The notes: generated by a model not told the origin, from the sequence alone. Shown: positions 17,482-30,286, counted from the stretch's first letter. The stretch is 64,000 nt of DNA from Bacteroidales bacterium (GCA_028689615.1 JAQVCV010000012.1:10241-74240); one strand, 5' to 3'. A program made the numbers and translations.

Positions 17482-18840
17482 TTACATCCCGATGGCTGAC
17501 GAGCGTCCTTTTATACGCCCCGATTTCATCAGACCATCGTAATGACGCATCAACAGGTGGCTTTCAACCTGCTGCAGGGTATCCAGAACAACACCCACAA
17601 GAATCAGCAAAGATGTGCCGCCATAGAATTGAGCAAACTGTGTATTTACTCCTATTAACCTTACCAGAGCAGGCATGATGGCAACAAAGGCCAAAAAGAT
17701 CGACCCGGGTAAAGTAATCCTCGACATTACTGTATCAATGAATTCTGCAGTTTTTTTGCCAGGTTTAACTCCGGGAATAAAACCGCCATTCTTCTTCATA
17801 TCTTCTGCCATCTGATTGTGATTCACAGTGATAGCAGTATAGAAATAGGTAAAAAGTATGATAAGCAATGCGAATACAAAGTTATACCAAAAACTGTTAA
17901 TATCAGTAAATGAGGCAAAGAAGCCACTTAAGGTCTCGCTTTGAGCAAAACCGGCAATTGTCAGAGGCAGAAACATAATTGCCTGAGCAAAAATGATCGG
18001 CATAACACCGGCAGCATTCACTTTCAAAGGGATATACTGGCGAACTCCTCCATATTGTTTATTTCCAACAATGCGGCGCGCATATTGCACCGGGATTCGG
18101 CGTGTACCCTGAACCAACAAAATGGTAATCAGTATAACAACAATAAGAACCGCTATTTCAAGAACGAAGAACACCAATCCTCCCCCTTTCTGTTCCATAC
18201 GCGATACGAGTTCGCCAAAGAGAGCAAAAGGAAGGCGTGCGATGATACCAATCATGATAATGAGAGAGATACCATTGCCAAGTCCTTTGTCGGTAATGCG
18301 TTCACCCAGCCACATCACAAACATGGTTCCCGAAACCAGAATAATGATCGAGGAAATCCAGAAGAAGGTTGTGGTACCGGTACTGTTAGGATCAAACGGA
18401 TAAACAGCCTCAGCGGGAAGCTGTGAGATCACATTTGCCAGATAGGCAGGAGCCTGCATAGCAGTAACAGCGATGGTTAGGTAGCGAGTCATCTGGTTGA
18501 TTTTCTTACGTCCGCTTTCGCCTTCTTTCTGCAACTTTTGGAAATAAGGCACAGCCATACCCAACAACTGAATCACGATAGATGCAGAAATGTAAGGCAT
18601 GATACCGAGGGCAAAAATGGAAGCATTTGAGAAAGCTCCACCAGAGAACATATTCAACAGCCCAAGCAATCCATCGCTGGATTGCTGTTGAAGGGCTGCA
18701 AGCTGATTCGGATCAATTCCGGGGAGCACTACATAAGCACCCAGCCTGTATATAAGCAAGATACCGAGTGTGTAGAGGATCCGTTTGCGCAGTTCCTCAA
18801 TCTTAGCAATGTTCCGAAGGGTTTGAATGAGCTTTTGCAT
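17482..18840 (-). CDS. secY: Preprotein translocase subunit SecY
   Basis: 452 aa, polytopic membrane protein. LFALGIMPYISASIVIQLL motif. Follows rplO. Confidence 0.98.
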   Translation of the reverse strand: MQKLIQTLRNIAKIEELRKRILYTLGILLIYRLGAYVVLPGIDPNQLAALQQQSSDGLLGLLNMFSGGAFSNASIFALGIMPYISASIVIQLLGMAVPYFQKLQKEGESGRKKINQMTRYLTIAVTAMQAPAYLANVISQLPAEAVYPFDPNSTGTTTFFWISSIIILVSGTMFVMWLGERITDKGLGNGISLIIMIGIIARLPFALFGELVSRMEQKGGGLVFFVLEIAVLIVVILITILLVQGTRRIPVQYARRIVGNKQYGGVRQYIPLKVNAAGVMPIIFAQAIMFLPLTIAGFAQSETLSGFFASFTDINSFWYNFVFALLIILFTYFYTAITVNHNQMAEDMKKNGGFIPGVKPGKKTAEFIDTVMSRITLPGSIFLAFVAIMPALVRLIGVNTQFAQFYGGTSLLILVGVVLDTLQQVESHLLMRHYDGLMKSGRIKGRSSAIGM

Positions 18841-18848
18841 ATTGGCAG

Positions 18849-19295
18849 TTAGATTTGAGTAGCAACTCCGCCTGCTGCTTCAATAGCTTTGATGGCAGCG
18901 GCTGAGAAGGCATGAGCTTTGACTTCTATTTTAGCTTCAAGTGCACCCCGACCAAGGATTTTGATACGATCGGTAGTTCCAACCAACCCGTTTGCGTGTA
19001 GGGTTTCAGGATCAAAGGTTGCAATGCCTTTGGCCTCGAAGAGACTTTGCAGAACGTCCAGGTTAATACCTGAATACTCAACTCTGTTGCGGTTTTTGAA
19101 ACCACCTTTAGGCAAGCGGCGATAGAGAGGCATCTGACCGCCTTCAAAGCCCACCTTCGAGCTATAACCTGAACGCGATTTTGCGCCTTTATGGCCACGG
19201 GTAGAAGTGCCTCCACGGCCAGAACCCTGACCACGTCCGATGCGTTTTCTGGTTTTAACAGACCCTTCTGCCGGTTTAAGATTCGATAAATCCAT
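18849..19295 (-). CDS. rplO: 50S ribosomal protein L15
   Basis: 148 aa. MDLSNLKPAEGSVKTRKRIGRGQGSGRGGTSTRGHKG... Confidence 0.97.
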   Translation of the reverse strand: MDLSNLKPAEGSVKTRKRIGRGQGSGRGGTSTRGHKGAKSRSGYSSKVGFEGGQMPLYRRLPKGGFKNRNRVEYSGINLDVLQSLFEAKGIATFDPETLHANGLVGTTDRIKILGRGALEAKIEVKAHAFSAAAIKAIEAAGGVATQI

Positions 19296-19318
19296 ATCTT
19301 TTGAACTTTCTTAAAAGG

Positions 19319-19507
19319 TTACAATACTTCGATTTCTTCAACTGATAACAGATGACCGATTTTGTTGACCATTCCCCTGATTTGGGGAGTATCATTGTGT
19401 TCAACCACCTGGTGCATTTTGCGCAGACCCAAAGCATCGAGCGTAAGCTTCTGACGCTGGGGGCGGCCAATTCTGCTTCTAACTTGCGTAATTCTGAGTT
19501 TTTTCAT
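19319..19507 (-). CDS. rpmD: 50S ribosomal protein L30
   Basis: 62 aa. [30 protein letters not shown]... Confidence 0.95.
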   Translation of the reverse strand: MKKLRITQVRSRIGRPQRQKLTLDALGLRKMHQVVEHNDTPQIRGMVNKIGHLLSVEEIEVL

Positions 19508-19526
19508 TTCTAGGAATTTTTCAGAT

Positions 19527-20045
19527 TTAACCGTTGAAAACTTTATCCAGATTCACACCGCGCAATTGGGCAACAGTCATGGGATCGCGCATTTGCATGA
19601 GGGCATCTATTGTAGCTTTAACCACGCTGTGAGGGTTCGATGAACCCTTAGATTTGGCAAGCACATCCTTAATACCCACACTTTCAAGTACGGCGCGCAT
19701 AGCACCACCGGCAATAACACCGGTTCCGGGAGCGGCTGGTTTCAAGAAAACCTTGGCACCACTGTACTTACCAGTCTGCTCATGAGGCAGTGTACCTTTC
19801 AGTACAGGAACTTTAACAAGGTTTTTCTTAGCATCGTCAACACCTTTAGCGATAGCTGCGGTTACCTCCTTGGCTTTGCCCAGGCCGTATCCAACTACGC
19901 CGTTTTCGTTACCTACCACCACGATGGCGGCGAAGGTGAAGGTGCGGCCCCCTTTGGTCACTTTCGTAACGCGGTTGATGGCCACCAACCTGTCTTTAAA
20001 CTCGATTTCGCTCGATTTTACTCTTTTAATATTAACGTTCGACAT
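19527..20045 (-). CDS. rpsE: 30S ribosomal protein S5
   Basis: 172 aa. ...[39 protein letters not shown]... Confidence 0.98.
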   Translation of the reverse strand: MSNVNIKRVKSSEIEFKDRLVAINRVTKVTKGGRTFTFAAIVVVGNENGVVGYGLGKAKEVTAAIAKGVDDAKKNLVKVPVLKGTLPHEQTGKYSGAKVFLKPAAPGTGVIAGGAMRAVLESVGIKDVLAKSKGSSNPHSVVKATIDALMQMRDPMTVAQLRGVNLDKVFNG

Positions 20046-20054
20046 AGCTGATGA

Positions 20055-20417
20055 TTAAAATTTAAGACCACCTTCTCTGGCTGCATCAGCCAAAGCTTTC
20101 ACTCTACCATGATAAAGGAAACCGCCACGGTCGAACACTACGCGCTCGACACCGGCTTCGAGAGCCAGGGCTGCCAACATTTTTCCAACAAGGCGAGCCT
20201 GGTCGGTTTTAGTAACTTTCTGTGCGGCAATCTCTTTATTCATAGAAGAAGCAGCCACAATGGTTTTTCCTTCCACGTCGTTAATTACCTGCGCATAAAT
20301 ATCATGATTGCTTCGAAACACCGATAAACGAGGTTGTTCAGGGGTTCCAAAGATCTTTTTTCTAATACTCTTTCTGATTTTGAGTCTCCTGAGTTCTTTT
20401 CTGCTTTTAAATGACAT
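20055..20417 (-). CDS. rplR: 50S ribosomal protein L18
   Basis: 120 aa. ...[17 protein letters not shown]... and C-terminal [26 protein letters not shown]. Confidence 0.97.
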   Translation of the reverse strand: MSFKSRKELRRLKIRKSIRKKIFGTPEQPRLSVFRSNHDIYAQVINDVEGKTIVAASSMNKEIAAQKVTKTDQARLVGKMLAALALEAGVERVVFDRGGFLYHGRVKALADAAREGGLKF

Positions 20418-20441
20418 ACTTCCAGAAATTTAAGAATGTTA

Positions 20442-21002
20442 TTATTTAGATGAAGCAGTTTTACCGGCTTTCCTTCTGACAACTTCGTTGACAAATCTGA
20501 CGCCTTTACCTTTGTAAGGTTCCGGACGACGGAAACCGCGGATACGGGCTGCTACCATACCCAGGAGTTGCTTATCGCATGATTCGAGAGTAATGAGAGG
20601 GTTTTTACCTCTTTCAGTTACGGTACTCACAGTGATTTCGGGAGCTAACTCGATAAAAAGGTTGTGAGAGAAGCCTAGCGACAACTCGAGTACCTGACCG
20701 GTAGCAGTGGCTTTATAACCCACACCTACCAGTTCCAGAACCACCTTAAACCCCTCGCTGACACCTTTAACCATGTTGGCTACCAACGATCTGTACAAAC
20801 CGTGTTTGGAGGCAAGGTCCATGTTTTCAGGCTGGGGATTCTCAAGAATCAACTGGGTCCCTTCCATTTTAACGGTCAACAGAGGATCAACCTGCTGTGA
20901 GAGTTCGCCAATTTTGCCTTTAACCTTGATAAAGTTATCGGCGCCAACAGTTACCTGTGTACCGGCGGGGATATCGATTGGTTTTTTACCTATTCTTGAC
21001 AT
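20442..21002 (-). CDS. rplF: 50S ribosomal protein L6
   Basis: The ORF track extends to 21020. The canonical start MSRIGKKPIDIP is the ATG at 21002. Confidence 0.96.
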   Translation of the reverse strand: MSRIGKKPIDIPAGTQVTVGADNFIKVKGKIGELSQQVDPLLTVKMEGTQLILENPQPENMDLASKHGLYRSLVANMVKGVSEGFKVVLELVGVGYKATATGQVLELSLGFSHNLFIELAPEITVSTVTERGKNPLITLESCDKQLLGMVAARIRGFRRPEPYKGKGVRFVNEVVRRKAGKTASSK

Positions 21003-21020
21003 AATACTTGATCTGATCAA

Positions 21021-21419
21021 TTAACTAACGTAACAAACAACTTCACCGCCAATGTGGTGTGTCCTGGCTTCCTTGTCGGTCATCAGTCCCTGCGAAGTGG
21101 AGATAACTGCAATACCCAGACCACTCAATACTCTGGGGAGGTTTTCGGCTTGTGCATATTTACGCAAGCCCGGTTTGCTAACCCTAACCAGCGAGCGGAT
21201 AGCGCTCATCTTGGTTACAGGGTGATATTTCAGTGCTATTTTAATGATTCCGGGGGCAGGTTCATCTTCAAACTTATAATTTAGGATGTACCCTTTTTCA
21301 AACAGAATTTTGGTCAGAGCCTTTTTCATATTCGATGCCGGGATTTCAACAATCCGGTGATTGGCATGAACGGCGTTCCTGATTCTGGTTAAGTAATCTG
21401 CAATCGGATCGGTTACCAT
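21021..21419 (-). CDS. rpsH: 30S ribosomal protein S8
   Basis: 132 aa. [16 protein letters not shown]... Confidence 0.98.
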   Translation of the reverse strand: MVTDPIADYLTRIRNAVHANHRIVEIPASNMKKALTKILFEKGYILNYKFEDEPAPGIIKIALKYHPVTKMSAIRSLVRVSKPGLRKYAQAENLPRVLSGLGIAVISTSQGLMTDKEARTHHIGGEVVCYVS

Positions 21420-21440
21420 ATTCTTTAATCTATCAAATGT

Positions 21441-21710
21441 TTACCAACTTGCTTTTCTAACACCGGGAATCAGGCCATGCGAGGCCATTTCCCTGAAATT
21501 AATACGGGAGATTCCAAACTGCCTCATATAGCCTTTAGGACGGCCAGTGATGCTACAGCGATAATGAATCCGCACAGGGGATGCGTTGCGGGGCAACTTC
21601 TGAAGTCCGATTACATCGCCGGCAGCTTTAAGCTCGGCACGCTTTGCAGCGTATTTCTCGATGAGTTTCAGCCGTTTGACTTCGCGGGCTTTCATTGATT
21701 CTTTAGCCAT
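21441..21710 (-). CDS. rpsN: 30S ribosomal protein S14 (long form)
   Basis: 89 aa. [13 protein letters not shown]... and C-terminal GVRKASW. Confidence 0.97.
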   Translation of the reverse strand: MAKESMKAREVKRLKLIEKYAAKRAELKAAGDVIGLQKLPRNASPVRIHYRCSITGRPKGYMRQFGISRINFREMASHGLIPGVRKASW

Positions 21711-21719
21711 ACGCTTATC

Positions 21720-22277
21720 TTATGATTTTTGATTTTTAAAAGGAAATCCAAATTCTTTCAGCAATGCCATAGCTTCCTGATCGGTAGCAGCACTGGTAAC
21801 GAAGGTGATGTCCATTCCATTGATCTTGGCCACCTTGTCAATATTGATTTCAGGGAAAATGATTTGTTCGGTAACGCCAAAGGTGTAATTACCACGGCCA
21901 TCGAATCCTTTTTCATTGATCCCCCTGAAATCGCGTATGCGTGGGATAGCAACAGCGATCAAACGATCGAGAAATTCATACATCTTTTCATTACGCAGGG
22001 TCACCCGGACGCCGATAGGCATACTGCGTCTAAGCTTGAAGTTGGAGATATCCTTCTTCGAACGGGTAGCAACAGCCTTCTGACCTGCAATGGAAGTCAT
22101 CTCATCGATGCCTGCATCAATCAGCTTTTTATCGGCGATAGCATCACCCAAGCCCTGGTTTAAAACAATTTTCGCCAGTTTCGGTACCTGCATAATTGTT
22201 TTGTAACCAAACTGTTTGGTTAAAGCAGGAACGATTTCATTGGCATATTTTTCTTTTAGCCTCGGAGTGTAATTCAT
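21720..22277 (-). CDS. rplE: 50S ribosomal protein L5
   Basis: 185 aa. ...[15 protein letters not shown]...[19 protein letters not shown]... Confidence 0.98.
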   Translation of the reverse strand: MNYTPRLKEKYANEIVPALTKQFGYKTIMQVPKLAKIVLNQGLGDAIADKKLIDAGIDEMTSIAGQKAVATRSKKDISNFKLRRSMPIGVRVTLRNEKMYEFLDRLIAVAIPRIRDFRGINEKGFDGRGNYTFGVTEQIIFPEINIDKVAKINGMDITFVTSAATDQEAMALLKEFGFPFKNQKS

Positions 22278-22597
22278 TATTTTATAACCTCCCCTGATTT
22301 TTTAGAATAACGGACAGATTTTTCGGTTTTAGGGTCGAGTTTCCTACCAATGCGGGTAGGTTTTCCGGTTGAATCGATCACCATCAAGTTCGACAGGTGA
22401 ATAGGTGCTTCCTGTTTCACGATACCACCTTGTGGATTTTTAGCGTTGGGCTTAGTATGCTTTGATACCAGGTTAACGCCTTCCACAATGGCACGGATTT
22501 TTTCGGTGTCAATGCGGAGCACTTTCCCCTGCTGCCCTTTGTGGTCGCCGGTAATTACCATTACCGTATCGCCTTTTTTGATATGCAATTTCGACAT
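22277..22597 (-). CDS. rplX: 50S ribosomal protein L24
   Basis: 106 aa. [27 protein letters not shown]... Confidence 0.97.
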   Translation of the reverse strand: MSKLHIKKGDTVMVITGDHKGQQGKVLRIDTEKIRAIVEGVNLVSKHTKPNAKNPQGGIVKQEAPIHLSNLMVIDSTGKPTRIGRKLDPKTEKSVRYSKKSGEVIK

Positions 22598-22617
22598 ATT
22601 GTATTGGCATTAATAGT

Positions 22618-22986
22618 TTAGAGCACTTCAGGTGCAAGTGATACAATTTTCATGAACTGTTTCTCACGCAATTCGCGTGCAACAGGTCCAAAAATACGGG
22701 TTCCGGTCATTTCGCCGGCGGCATTCAGCAACACACAAGCGTTATCATCGAACCTGATGTAAGTACCATCGGCACGACGGATCTCTTTAGATGTGCGTAC
22801 AATAACGGCTTTAGCTACTGCGCCCTTCTTAATATTGCCAGAGGGAATTGCATGTTTTACGGCTACGACAATTTTGTCGCCAACCGAGGCATACCTTTTG
22901 CGAGTACCACCGAGTACTCTGATGCAAAGCACTTCCTTGGCTCCACTGTTATCTGCAACAGACAGTCTGCTTTCCTGTTGGATCAT
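22618..22986 (-). CDS. rplN: 50S ribosomal protein L14
   Basis: 122 aa. [27 protein letters not shown]... Confidence 0.98.
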   Translation of the reverse strand: MIQQESRLSVADNSGAKEVLCIRVLGGTRKRYASVGDKIVVAVKHAIPSGNIKKGAVAKAVIVRTSKEIRRADGTYIRFDDNACVLLNAAGEMTGTRIFGPVARELREKQFMKIVSLAPEVL

Positions 22987-22988
22987 AA

Positions 22989-23246
22989 TTACTTAGCTCT
23001 TTCAATGATTTCTACTAGTCTCCAGCATTTATCTTTACTCAGCGGACGGGTTTCGGCAATGCGAACCGTATCGCCAGTGTGCGATTCATTGTTCTCGTCA
23101 TGAGCCATGAACTTGGAGGTCTTCTTGAGGAACTTCCCGTATTTGGGGTGTTTCACTCTACGCTCAACCATCACAACGATGGATTTTTCCATCTTGTCGC
23201 TGACCACAACGCCGATTTTTTCTTTACGTAAATTACGGGTTTCCAT
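22989..23246 (-). CDS. rpsQ: 30S ribosomal protein S17
   Basis: The ORF track extends to 23270 and overlaps rpmC. The likely start is [14 protein letters not shown] (ATG at 23246). C-terminal [19 protein letters not shown]. Confidence 0.95.
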   Translation of the reverse strand: METRNLRKEKIGVVVSDKMEKSIVVMVERRVKHPKYGKFLKKTSKFMAHDENNESHTGDTVRIAETRPLSKDKCWRLVEIIERAK

Positions 23247-23253
23247 ATTCATA

Positions 23254-23457
23254 TTACTTGGATTGTGCATCTTTTTCGCGTTTGCGCATCTCGGTTAAAA
23301 TTCGGGCAATGGTCCGTTTGTATTCCCCTATTTTGTTCGGGTTTTCAATCGGAGATACAGCGTGGTTCAACTTCAGTCTGGTCAGTTGAGTTTTCTCATT
23401 TTCGAGGGTTTCGAGCAGATCGCTGTTCGAAAGCTCTTTAATCACTTCCTGTTTCAT
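23254..23457 (-). CDS. rpmC: 50S ribosomal protein L29
   Basis: 67 aa. [40 protein letters not shown]... Confidence 0.95.
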   Translation of the reverse strand: MKQEVIKELSNSDLLETLENEKTQLTRLKLNHAVSPIENPNKIGEYKRTIARILTEMRKREKDAQSK

Positions 23458-23474
23458 CTGATAATTTGGATGGA

Positions 23475-23897
23475 TTATTCTTGGCTATAATCGTGACGTA
23501 TAACAAATTTCGTTGCTACCGGAAGTTTTTGGGCAGCAAGGCGCATGGCCTCTCTGGCAACCTCGAGGGGTACGCCATCGGCTTCAAAGAGAATACGTCC
23601 GGGAGTTACCGGGGCCACGAAATATTCCGGGGCACCTTTACCTTTACCCATACGAACTTCGGCGGGTTTTTTGGTGATAGGCTTGTCGGGGAATACCCTG
23701 ATCCAGATTTGACCTTCACGTTTCATGTAACGGGTCACTGCCTGACGGGCAGCCTCAATCTGGCGGCCGGTGAGAAAAGATGTCTCCAGGGTTTTCAAAG
23801 CGAACGATCCGAACGCGATTTCATGACCGCGTTGGGCGATGCCTTTCATACGCCCCTTTTGCATCTTTCTGTATTTGGTCTTCTTCGGCTGTAACAT
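23475..23897 (-). CDS. rplP: 50S ribosomal protein L16
   Basis: 140 aa. [19 protein letters not shown]... Confidence 0.98.
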   Translation of the reverse strand: MLQPKKTKYRKMQKGRMKGIAQRGHEIAFGSFALKTLETSFLTGRQIEAARQAVTRYMKREGQIWIRVFPDKPITKKPAEVRMGKGKGAPEYFVAPVTPGRILFEADGVPLEVAREAMRLAAQKLPVATKFVIRHDYSQE

Positions 23898-23931
23898 TAT
23901 CGTAATATATTAATTTTCTACAACTTGGTGG

Positions 23932-24654
23932 TTACTTGCGGTTACGACCGCCACGACCTTTTGCCGGACGATTGTTTCCCTGCATTTTTGCTTTAGGTGC
24001 AACGGCAGCACTTGGGGTAAGATCAGGTCTCCCGTAGATTTCGCCTTTGCAAATCCACACTTTAATGCCTATACGGCCATAAGTAGTATGTGCTTCATCA
24101 TGAGCATAGTCGATGTCGGCACGGAGGGTGTGAAGAGGTGTACGACCTTCTTTAAACTGTTCGCGACGTGCAATTTCTGCACCGCCAATACGGCCTGAAA
24201 TTAAAACCTTAATGCCTTCTGCTCCCATTCTCATGGTGCTGGCCACAGCGGTCTTCAGCGCGCGACGATAAGATACACGACCTTCGATCTGACGGGCGAT
24301 TGAACTGGCCACCAATACTGCATCCACTTCCGGACGTTTGATTTCCGAAATATTGATTTGGATGTCTTTACTGGTAACTTTTTTCAGTTCTTCTTTCAGT
24401 TTATCCACTTCCTGACCACCTTTACCAATGATGATACCCGGACGGGCTGTATGGATAGTAACGGTAACCAGTTTCAGTGTACGCTCGATGACAATTTTCG
24501 AGATCCCAGCCTTCGACAGACGGGCATTCAAATACTTGCGGATCTGATGGTCTTCAGCCAGTTTGACGTTGAAAGTATCACCGCCGAACCAATTGGAATC
24601 CCAACCCCTGATGATGCCAAGCCTGAGGCTTATCGGATTAGTCTTTTGTCCCAT
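23932..24654 (-). CDS. rpsC: 30S ribosomal protein S3
   Basis: 240 aa. [23 protein letters not shown]... with a basic C-terminal tail. Confidence 0.98.
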   Translation of the reverse strand: MGQKTNPISLRLGIIRGWDSNWFGGDTFNVKLAEDHQIRKYLNARLSKAGISKIVIERTLKLVTVTIHTARPGIIIGKGGQEVDKLKEELKKVTSKDIQINISEIKRPEVDAVLVASSIARQIEGRVSYRRALKTAVASTMRMGAEGIKVLISGRIGGAEIARREQFKEGRTPLHTLRADIDYAHDEAHTTYGRIGIKVWICKGEIYGRPDLTPSAAVAPKAKMQGNNRPAKGRGGRNRK

Positions 24655-24672
24655 TCAAGTACGATTATAATG

Positions 24673-25089
24673 TTAGTTATTTGCTTCATTTAATTCCTTG
24701 CGATTACCCAGAATAAGGGTAATATGGTTCGAGCGTTTACGCACGCGATAGGCACGACCCTGAGGAGCTGTGTGTATCCGTTTGAGCATCCGGCCTCCAT
24801 CGACCATGATCTCCTGAACATACAATTCAGCTTCTTCAATGCGGGCACCTTCGTTCTTCACCTGCCAATTGGCCATAGCCGAAAGCAAAAGCTTACGCAT
24901 TACTATCGAGGCATGTTTGGTGCTGAATTTCAGAATACCAAGTCCGCGTTCCACGTCAACTCCCCTGATCATATCGGCTACTAAACGCATTTTTCGGGGG
25001 GAGGTAGGACAGTTATTCAAGCGGGCAATATAGAGACCCTTTTTGGCCTCTTTTGTGGCTTCTGCTCTGATGTGTTTCTTAGATCCCAT
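24673..25089 (-). CDS. rplV: 50S ribosomal protein L22
   Basis: 138 aa. ...[14 protein letters not shown]... at the expected S10-operon position. Confidence 0.96.
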   Translation of the reverse strand: MGSKKHIRAEATKEAKKGLYIARLNNCPTSPRKMRLVADMIRGVDVERGLGILKFSTKHASIVMRKLLLSAMANWQVKNEGARIEEAELYVQEIMVDGGRMLKRIHTAPQGRAYRVRKRSNHITLILGNRKELNEANN

Positions 25090-25101
25090 TATTCAGTGGC
25101 T

Positions 25102-25380
25102 TTATTTTTTTCCTTTATCCTTACTACCAGCATGTCCACGGAAAGTACGGGTGGGGGCAAACTCACCGAGTTTGTGTCCAACCATGTTTTCGGTGACATA
25201 AACCGGGATGAATTTATTCCCGTTGTGAACGGCTATGGTTTGTCCGACGAAGTCGGGTGATATCATAGAGGCCCGTGACCATGTTTTGACCACATTTTTT
25301 TTATTGGAATCCACCATTTCAAGCACTTTTTTCTCGAGTTTGAAGTGGATATAGGGGCCTTTCTTGAGAGAGCGACTCAT
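25102..25380 (-). CDS. rpsS: 30S ribosomal protein S19
   Basis: 92 aa. [15 protein letters not shown]...[38 protein letters not shown]. Confidence 0.98.
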   Translation of the reverse strand: MSRSLKKGPYIHFKLEKKVLEMVDSNKKNVVKTWSRASMISPDFVGQTIAVHNGNKFIPVYVTENMVGHKLGEFAPTRTFRGHAGSKDKGKK

Positions 25381-25400
25381 AGCTGATAATTAATTTAATC

Positions 25401-26225
25401 TTATTTTTTTCTTCTTTCAATGATGTACTTGCTGCTGGCGTTTTTCCTGGCGCGGGTTTTCTGACCTTTTGCCGGTTTGCCTTTACGCGAACGGGGATGT
25501 CCGCCTGATGAGCGTCCTTCTCCACCACCCATGGGGTGATCAACAGGGTTCATAGCTACGCCGCGAACTCGCGGACGACGTCCATACCATCTGCTACGTC
25601 CGGCTTTGCCAGATACTTCAAGGTTGTGATCGGTATTGGAAACCATTCCAACTGTGGCTTTACAGGCCTGAAGAATCATTCTGGTTTCGCCTGAGGGGAG
25701 CTTAATGATAGCGAATTTTCCATCGCGGGAAAGAAGTTGAGCATAAGATCCGGCACTACGGGCCATTTTTGCACCCTGACCAGGACGAAGCTCAATGTTA
25801 TGAATAACTGTTCCGAAAGGAATTTCGCTCAGGTAGAGTGTATTACCAATCTCAGGGGCTGATCCTTTTCCAGAAACAATATTCTGACCAACTTTTAATC
25901 CGTTGGGAGCCACGATATAACGCTTCTCGCCATCGTTGTAAACTACCAATGCAATACGAGCCGAACGGTTTGGATCGTATTCGATGGTTTTTACAACAGC
26001 GGGAATGCCTTCTTTGTCGCGCTTGAAATCAATGATACGGTACATTTGTTTATGACCACCACCAATATAGCGCATGGTCATTTTTCCGGTGTTATCGCGT
26101 CCGCCTGATTTGCGAACGGGAACCAACAGACTCTTCTCCGGTGTGGAGGCGGTAATATCGTCGTAAGCGCTGATTACCTTGAAGCGCTGGCTCGATGTCG
26201 TCGGTTTATAATTCTTTAAAGCCAT
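25401..26225 (-). CDS. rplB: 50S ribosomal protein L2
   Basis: 274 aa. [15 protein letters not shown]... and [16 protein letters not shown]. Confidence 0.98.
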   Translation of the reverse strand: MALKNYKPTTSSQRFKVISAYDDITASTPEKSLLVPVRKSGGRDNTGKMTMRYIGGGHKQMYRIIDFKRDKEGIPAVVKTIEYDPNRSARIALVVYNDGEKRYIVAPNGLKVGQNIVSGKGSAPEIGNTLYLSEIPFGTVIHNIELRPGQGAKMARSAGSYAQLLSRDGKFAIIKLPSGETRMILQACKATVGMVSNTDHNLEVSGKAGRSRWYGRRPRVRGVAMNPVDHPMGGGEGRSSGGHPRSRKGKPAKGQKTRARKNASSKYIIERRKK

Positions 26226-26230
26226 TTACT

Positions 26231-26521
26231 TTAAATATTGCTGTAAAAATCAATAGTATCACCTTTCGCTAAAGTAACGATTGCCTTCTTGTAGGATGCA
26301 CTCCTGCCGGCAATGAAACCTGTCTTTGTATAACGTGACTTGTGCTTTCCGAAATAATTAATCGTATTCACTGCCACGGGTTCTACGCCATAAAGTGCTT
26401 TCACGGCCTGCTTGATCTGGATTTTGTTGGCACGATGATCAACAATAAACCCAAACCGGTTGAGTTTCTCACCAACCGTTGTCATCTTCTCGGTAATAAC
26501 CGGCTTGATAATGATGTCCAT
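26231..26521 (-). CDS. rplW: 50S ribosomal protein L23
   Basis: 96 aa. MDIIIKPVITEKMT... between rplD and rplB. Confidence 0.96.
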   Translation of the reverse strand: MDIIIKPVITEKMTTVGEKLNRFGFIVDHRANKIQIKQAVKALYGVEPVAVNTINYFGKHKSRYTKTGFIAGRSASYKKAIVTLAKGDTIDFYSNI

Positions 26522-26550
26522 TCCTTTGACTTTTAAAGGTTAATGAATAT

Positions 26551-27183
26551 TTATTCGGTAGCTAATAATTGATTAACAACCGGTAGAGCACTTTCGACAA
26601 ACAGTATATTCTGAGCTTTCAGAATTTCGTAAGTATTTAGCGTTAAGACACTTGAGACTTTTGCCTGCCCCAGATTTCGAGCCGACAAATATACGTTATT
26701 ATTTGATTCTGAAACAACTAAAAGTGTCTTTTTATCAAGAAGATTGAACTTCTTCAACATCTCGATGTAGCTCTTTGTGCGGGGCTTTTCAAAGTTAAAA
26801 TCCTCAACAACAGTAATTTTAGCTTCCACAGCCTTGTATGAAAGGGCTGATCGGCGGGCAAGCTGTTTCACTTTTTTATTGAGTTTAAAACCATAGGTGC
26901 GCGGACGGGGGCCGAAAACGCGTCCTCCTCCAACAAACAAAGGAGAATTGATATCGCCCGAACGTGCTCCACCAGTACCTTTCTGACGTTTGAGCTTACG
27001 GGTTGATCCCGAAACCTGACTGCGCTCTTTGGAAGCATGTGTCCCCTGGCGCTGGTTGGCAAGATAAAGTTTGGTGTCGAGATAGATCGCGTGATCATTG
27101 GGCTCGATCCCAAAGATTGAATCATTCAGTTCAATCGTGCGTCCGGTAGTGTCGCCGTTGATCTTATAAACTGTTAACTCCAT
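26551..27183 (-). CDS. rplD: 50S ribosomal protein L4
   Basis: 210 aa. ...[33 protein letters not shown]... The start overlaps the rplC 3' end by 10 nt. Confidence 0.97.
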   Translation of the reverse strand: MELTVYKINGDTTGRTIELNDSIFGIEPNDHAIYLDTKLYLANQRQGTHASKERSQVSGSTRKLKRQKGTGGARSGDINSPLFVGGGRVFGPRPRTYGFKLNKKVKQLARRSALSYKAVEAKITVVEDFNFEKPRTKSYIEMLKKFNLLDKKTLLVVSESNNNVYLSARNLGQAKVSSVLTLNTYEILKAQNILFVESALPVVNQLLATE

Positions 27184-27803
27184 CTTTCAATTTTTAAATA
27201 TGATCCATTTGAACCCGGAACCGATCCTTTTACAACCAGGATATTCTTTTCAGGGATAATTTTAACAATCTGAAGGTTAATCATTTTAACCTTGTTGCCT
27301 CCTAATCTGCCGGCCATTCTCATGCCCGGGAATACACGCGAAGGATAGGAAGACGCACCCAGCGAACCTGGTGCACGCAGCCTGTTGTGCTGACCGTGAG
27401 TCGTACCGCCTACTCCGCCAAAATTATGGCGACGGATAACTCCCTGGAATCCTTTTCCCTTCGACACACCGGATACATCAATATATTCACCTTCAACAAA
27501 CACATCAACTCCAATCAGTTCACCGTAATTCTTACGATGTTCTGCCTCGAAACGTGTGAACTCGGCCAACATACGCTTAGGAGTGGTGTTGGCTTTCTTG
27601 AAGTGACCCATCAGGGGCTTGTTGACGCTTTTCTCTTTTACATCGTCAAAAGCAAGCTGAATGGCGTCGTATCCGTCTTTCTCTTTTGTGCGGATTTGTG
27701 TTACCACACATGGACCAGCTTCGATCACCGTGCATGGCACCATTTTGCCATTGGCGTCATATACGCTGGTCATCCCGATTTTTTTCCCTAATAATCCTGA
27801 CAT
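27174..27803 (-). CDS. rplC: 50S ribosomal protein L3
   Basis: 209 aa. [39 protein letters not shown]... Confidence 0.98.
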   Translation of the reverse strand: MSGLLGKKIGMTSVYDANGKMVPCTVIEAGPCVVTQIRTKEKDGYDAIQLAFDDVKEKSVNKPLMGHFKKANTTPKRMLAEFTRFEAEHRKNYGELIGVDVFVEGEYIDVSGVSKGKGFQGVIRRHNFGGVGGTTHGQHNRLRAPGSLGASSYPSRVFPGMRMAGRLGGNKVKMINLQIVKIIPEKNILVVKGSVPGSNGSYLKIERWS

Positions 27804-27841
27804 GTTATTACAATTTTGTCATTATTACACACTGCAGTTCA

Positions 27842-28147
27842 TCAAACCTTGATCTCAACTTCAACTCCGCTAGGAAGCTCCAGCTTCATCAGCGCGTCGA
27901 TAGTCTTGGAGGTAGTACTGTAGATATCAAGCAAACGCTTGTATGTACACAGTTGGAACTGCTCCCTCGATTTTTTATTCACGAAGGTTGACCGGTTTAC
28001 GGTGAAAATCTTCTTGTTGGTGGGAAGCGGAATAGGTCCACTTACCACGGCTCCAGTAGTTTTCACAGTCTTCACGATCTTCTCGGCCGATTTATCAACC
28101 AGGTTGTAATCGTACGATTTTAACTTGATTCTGATCCTCTGACTCAC
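27842..28147 (-). CDS. rpsJ: 30S ribosomal protein S10
   Basis: 101 aa. [25 protein letters not shown]... Confidence 0.98.
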   Translation of the reverse strand: MSQRIRIKLKSYDYNLVDKSAEKIVKTVKTTGAVVSGPIPLPTNKKIFTVNRSTFVNKKSREQFQLCTYKRLLDIYSTTSKTIDALMKLELPSGVEVEIKV

Positions 28148-28180
28148 GTTCGTATAGTTTAAAGACTTAAATAATTATTC

Positions 28181-30286
28181 TTAAGAAACATAATATCCCC
28201 GAAGTTTATACAAAACCTGACGTTGAATTTCGTCGGGTAGTATCTCGTAGTGCGAAAACTGAATCGAGCTGTTGGCCCGACCCGATGTTAGCGACCGAAG
28301 GGTAGTAACATATCCAAACAACTCTGACATCGGCACAAGGGCGTCGATAATCTGGGTGCGGTTGGTATGTCCTTCGATTCGTTGAAGCTGACCCCTGCGA
28401 CGGTTTATATCGCTTGTAACATCTCCAATGGATTCTTCGGGGCATTCAACTTCAAGCTTCATGACAGGTTCCATCAGCATGCAGCCAGCTTTGGCTGCTG
28501 CCTCGCGAAAACCGTAAGTGGCAGCGATTTCAAATGCCAAAGCATCTGAATCGACAGGATGTGTTGATCCATCAATCAACCTTACCTTCATGCTGTTGAT
28601 CTTGAAACCGGCTACAACACCGTTGATCATTGCGCTCTGGAATCCTTTTTCGATTGATGGAATATACTCTTTAGGTATGACTCCCCCTTTGAGATCGTTC
28701 ACAAATTGAAGCCCGGTTACCCCTTCATCAGCAGGACCAATCTCGAATTGAAGATCGGCAAAGCGACCTTTACCACCTGATTGCTTTTTATACACCTCAC
28801 GGTGCACGATCTGGCGGGTCAAAGTCTCTTTATAGGCCACCTGCGGGTTCCCAACGTTGCACTCGACGTTAAACTCCCGTTTGATCCTATCGATGATAAT
28901 GTCTAAATGAAGCTCACCCATACCACTGATGATGGTTTGGCCGGTTTCACTGTCAACCCTCATGCTGAAAGTAGGATCTTCTTCGGTTAACTTAGCAAGC
29001 GAAAGAGCCAGTTTCTCCAGGTCATCCTGCGTCCGGGGCTCAACAGCAACACTGATTACAGGCTCGGGGAAAACCATTGATTCAAGCAAAACGGGGTGCT
29101 TTTCATCGCAAAGAGTGTCTCCGGTTCTGATAACCTTGAAACCTGCTGCAGCACAAATGTCGCCAGCCTCTATTCGTTCCAGTGGGTTTTGCTTGTTGGC
29201 ATGCATCTGCATCAGACGGCTTATCCGTTCCCGTTTCCCTGTTGAAGCATTAAATACAACGCTTCCCGCAGTGAATGAACCACTATAAACCCTGAAAAAC
29301 GCCAAACGACCAACAAAAGGATCGGTTGCAATCTTAAAGGCAAGAGCTGCAAACGGGCCGTCAGGATCGGGTTGGCGTGTCTCTTCTTCTCCAGTTGAAG
29401 GGTTGATGCAGGTAACGGCAGGCAGGTCGGCAGGGCTTGGCAGGAAACGGGTGACAGCATCCAGAAGCATCTGAACACCTTTGTTTCGCAACGAAGAACC
29501 GCAAAGAACCGGAGTTATCCGCATTTCAAGGGTAGCCTTTCTTACAACCGAGATGATCTCTTCTGAGGAGATAGAATCGGGATCTTGAAGAAATTTCTCG
29601 AGGAGATCTTCACTCTCTTCAGCAGCTCCTTCAATGAGGCGACCGCGAAATTCCTTCACCTGATCCACCATGTCGTCAGGGATTTCAACCTCTTCAAATT
29701 CCATTCCCAAAGAAGCTTCATCCCATTGGTAAGCTTTCCCGGTGATCAGATCAACAATGCCGGTGAAGAGTTCTTCCTGACCAAGAGGCAATTGCAAGGG
29801 CACTGGGTTTGCGCCCAGTTTATCGGCCATTTGGTTGAGCACGTTGAAAAAATCGGCCCCTGTACGATCCATTTTGTTAACAAAACTGATCCGCGGAACC
29901 CTGTACTTATCGGCCTGACGCCAAACAGTCTCTGACTGGGGTTGAACACCTCCCACACCACAGAAAACGGCAATGGCCCCATCGAGTACACGCAGAGACC
30001 TTTCAACCTCAACGGTAAAATCGACATGGCCAGGGGTATCAATAATGTTTATTTTAAACTTCTTCTGATCGCAATCCCAGTAAACCGTAGTTGCAGCAGA
30101 AGTAATGGTGATTCCTCTTTCCTGTTCCTGTACCATCCAATCCATTGTAGCGGTTCCTTCGTGAACCTCTCCAAGCTTGTAATTGGTACCGGTATAATAC
30201 AGAATCCGCTCAGTAGTTGTGGTTTTACCCGCATCTATATGAGCCATAATGCCGATGTTTCTGGTATGTTTCAGTTTATCAGACAC
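28181..30286 (-). CDS. fusA: Elongation factor G
   Basis: 701 aa. [22 protein letters not shown] (G1 motif), [17 protein letters not shown]. Confidence 0.98.
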   Translation of the reverse strand: MSDKLKHTRNIGIMAHIDAGKTTTTERILYYTGTNYKLGEVHEGTATMDWMVQEQERGITITSAATTVYWDCDQKKFKINIIDTPGHVDFTVEVERSLRVLDGAIAVFCGVGGVQPQSETVWRQADKYRVPRISFVNKMDRTGADFFNVLNQMADKLGANPVPLQLPLGQEELFTGIVDLITGKAYQWDEASLGMEFEEVEIPDDMVDQVKEFRGRLIEGAAEESEDLLEKFLQDPDSISSEEIISVVRKATLEMRITPVLCGSSLRNKGVQMLLDAVTRFLPSPADLPAVTCINPSTGEEETRQPDPDGPFAALAFKIATDPFVGRLAFFRVYSGSFTAGSVVFNASTGKRERISRLMQMHANKQNPLERIEAGDICAAAGFKVIRTGDTLCDEKHPVLLESMVFPEPVISVAVEPRTQDDLEKLALSLAKLTEEDPTFSMRVDSETGQTIISGMGELHLDIIIDRIKREFNVECNVGNPQVAYKETLTRQIVHREVYKKQSGGKGRFADLQFEIGPADEGVTGLQFVNDLKGGVIPKEYIPSIEKGFQSAMINGVVAGFKINSMKVRLIDGSTHPVDSDALAFEIAATYGFREAAAKAGCMLMEPVMKLEVECPEESIGDVTSDINRRRGQLQRIEGHTNRTQIIDALVPMSELFGYVTTLRSLTSGRANSSIQFSHYEILPDEIQRQVLYKLRGYYVS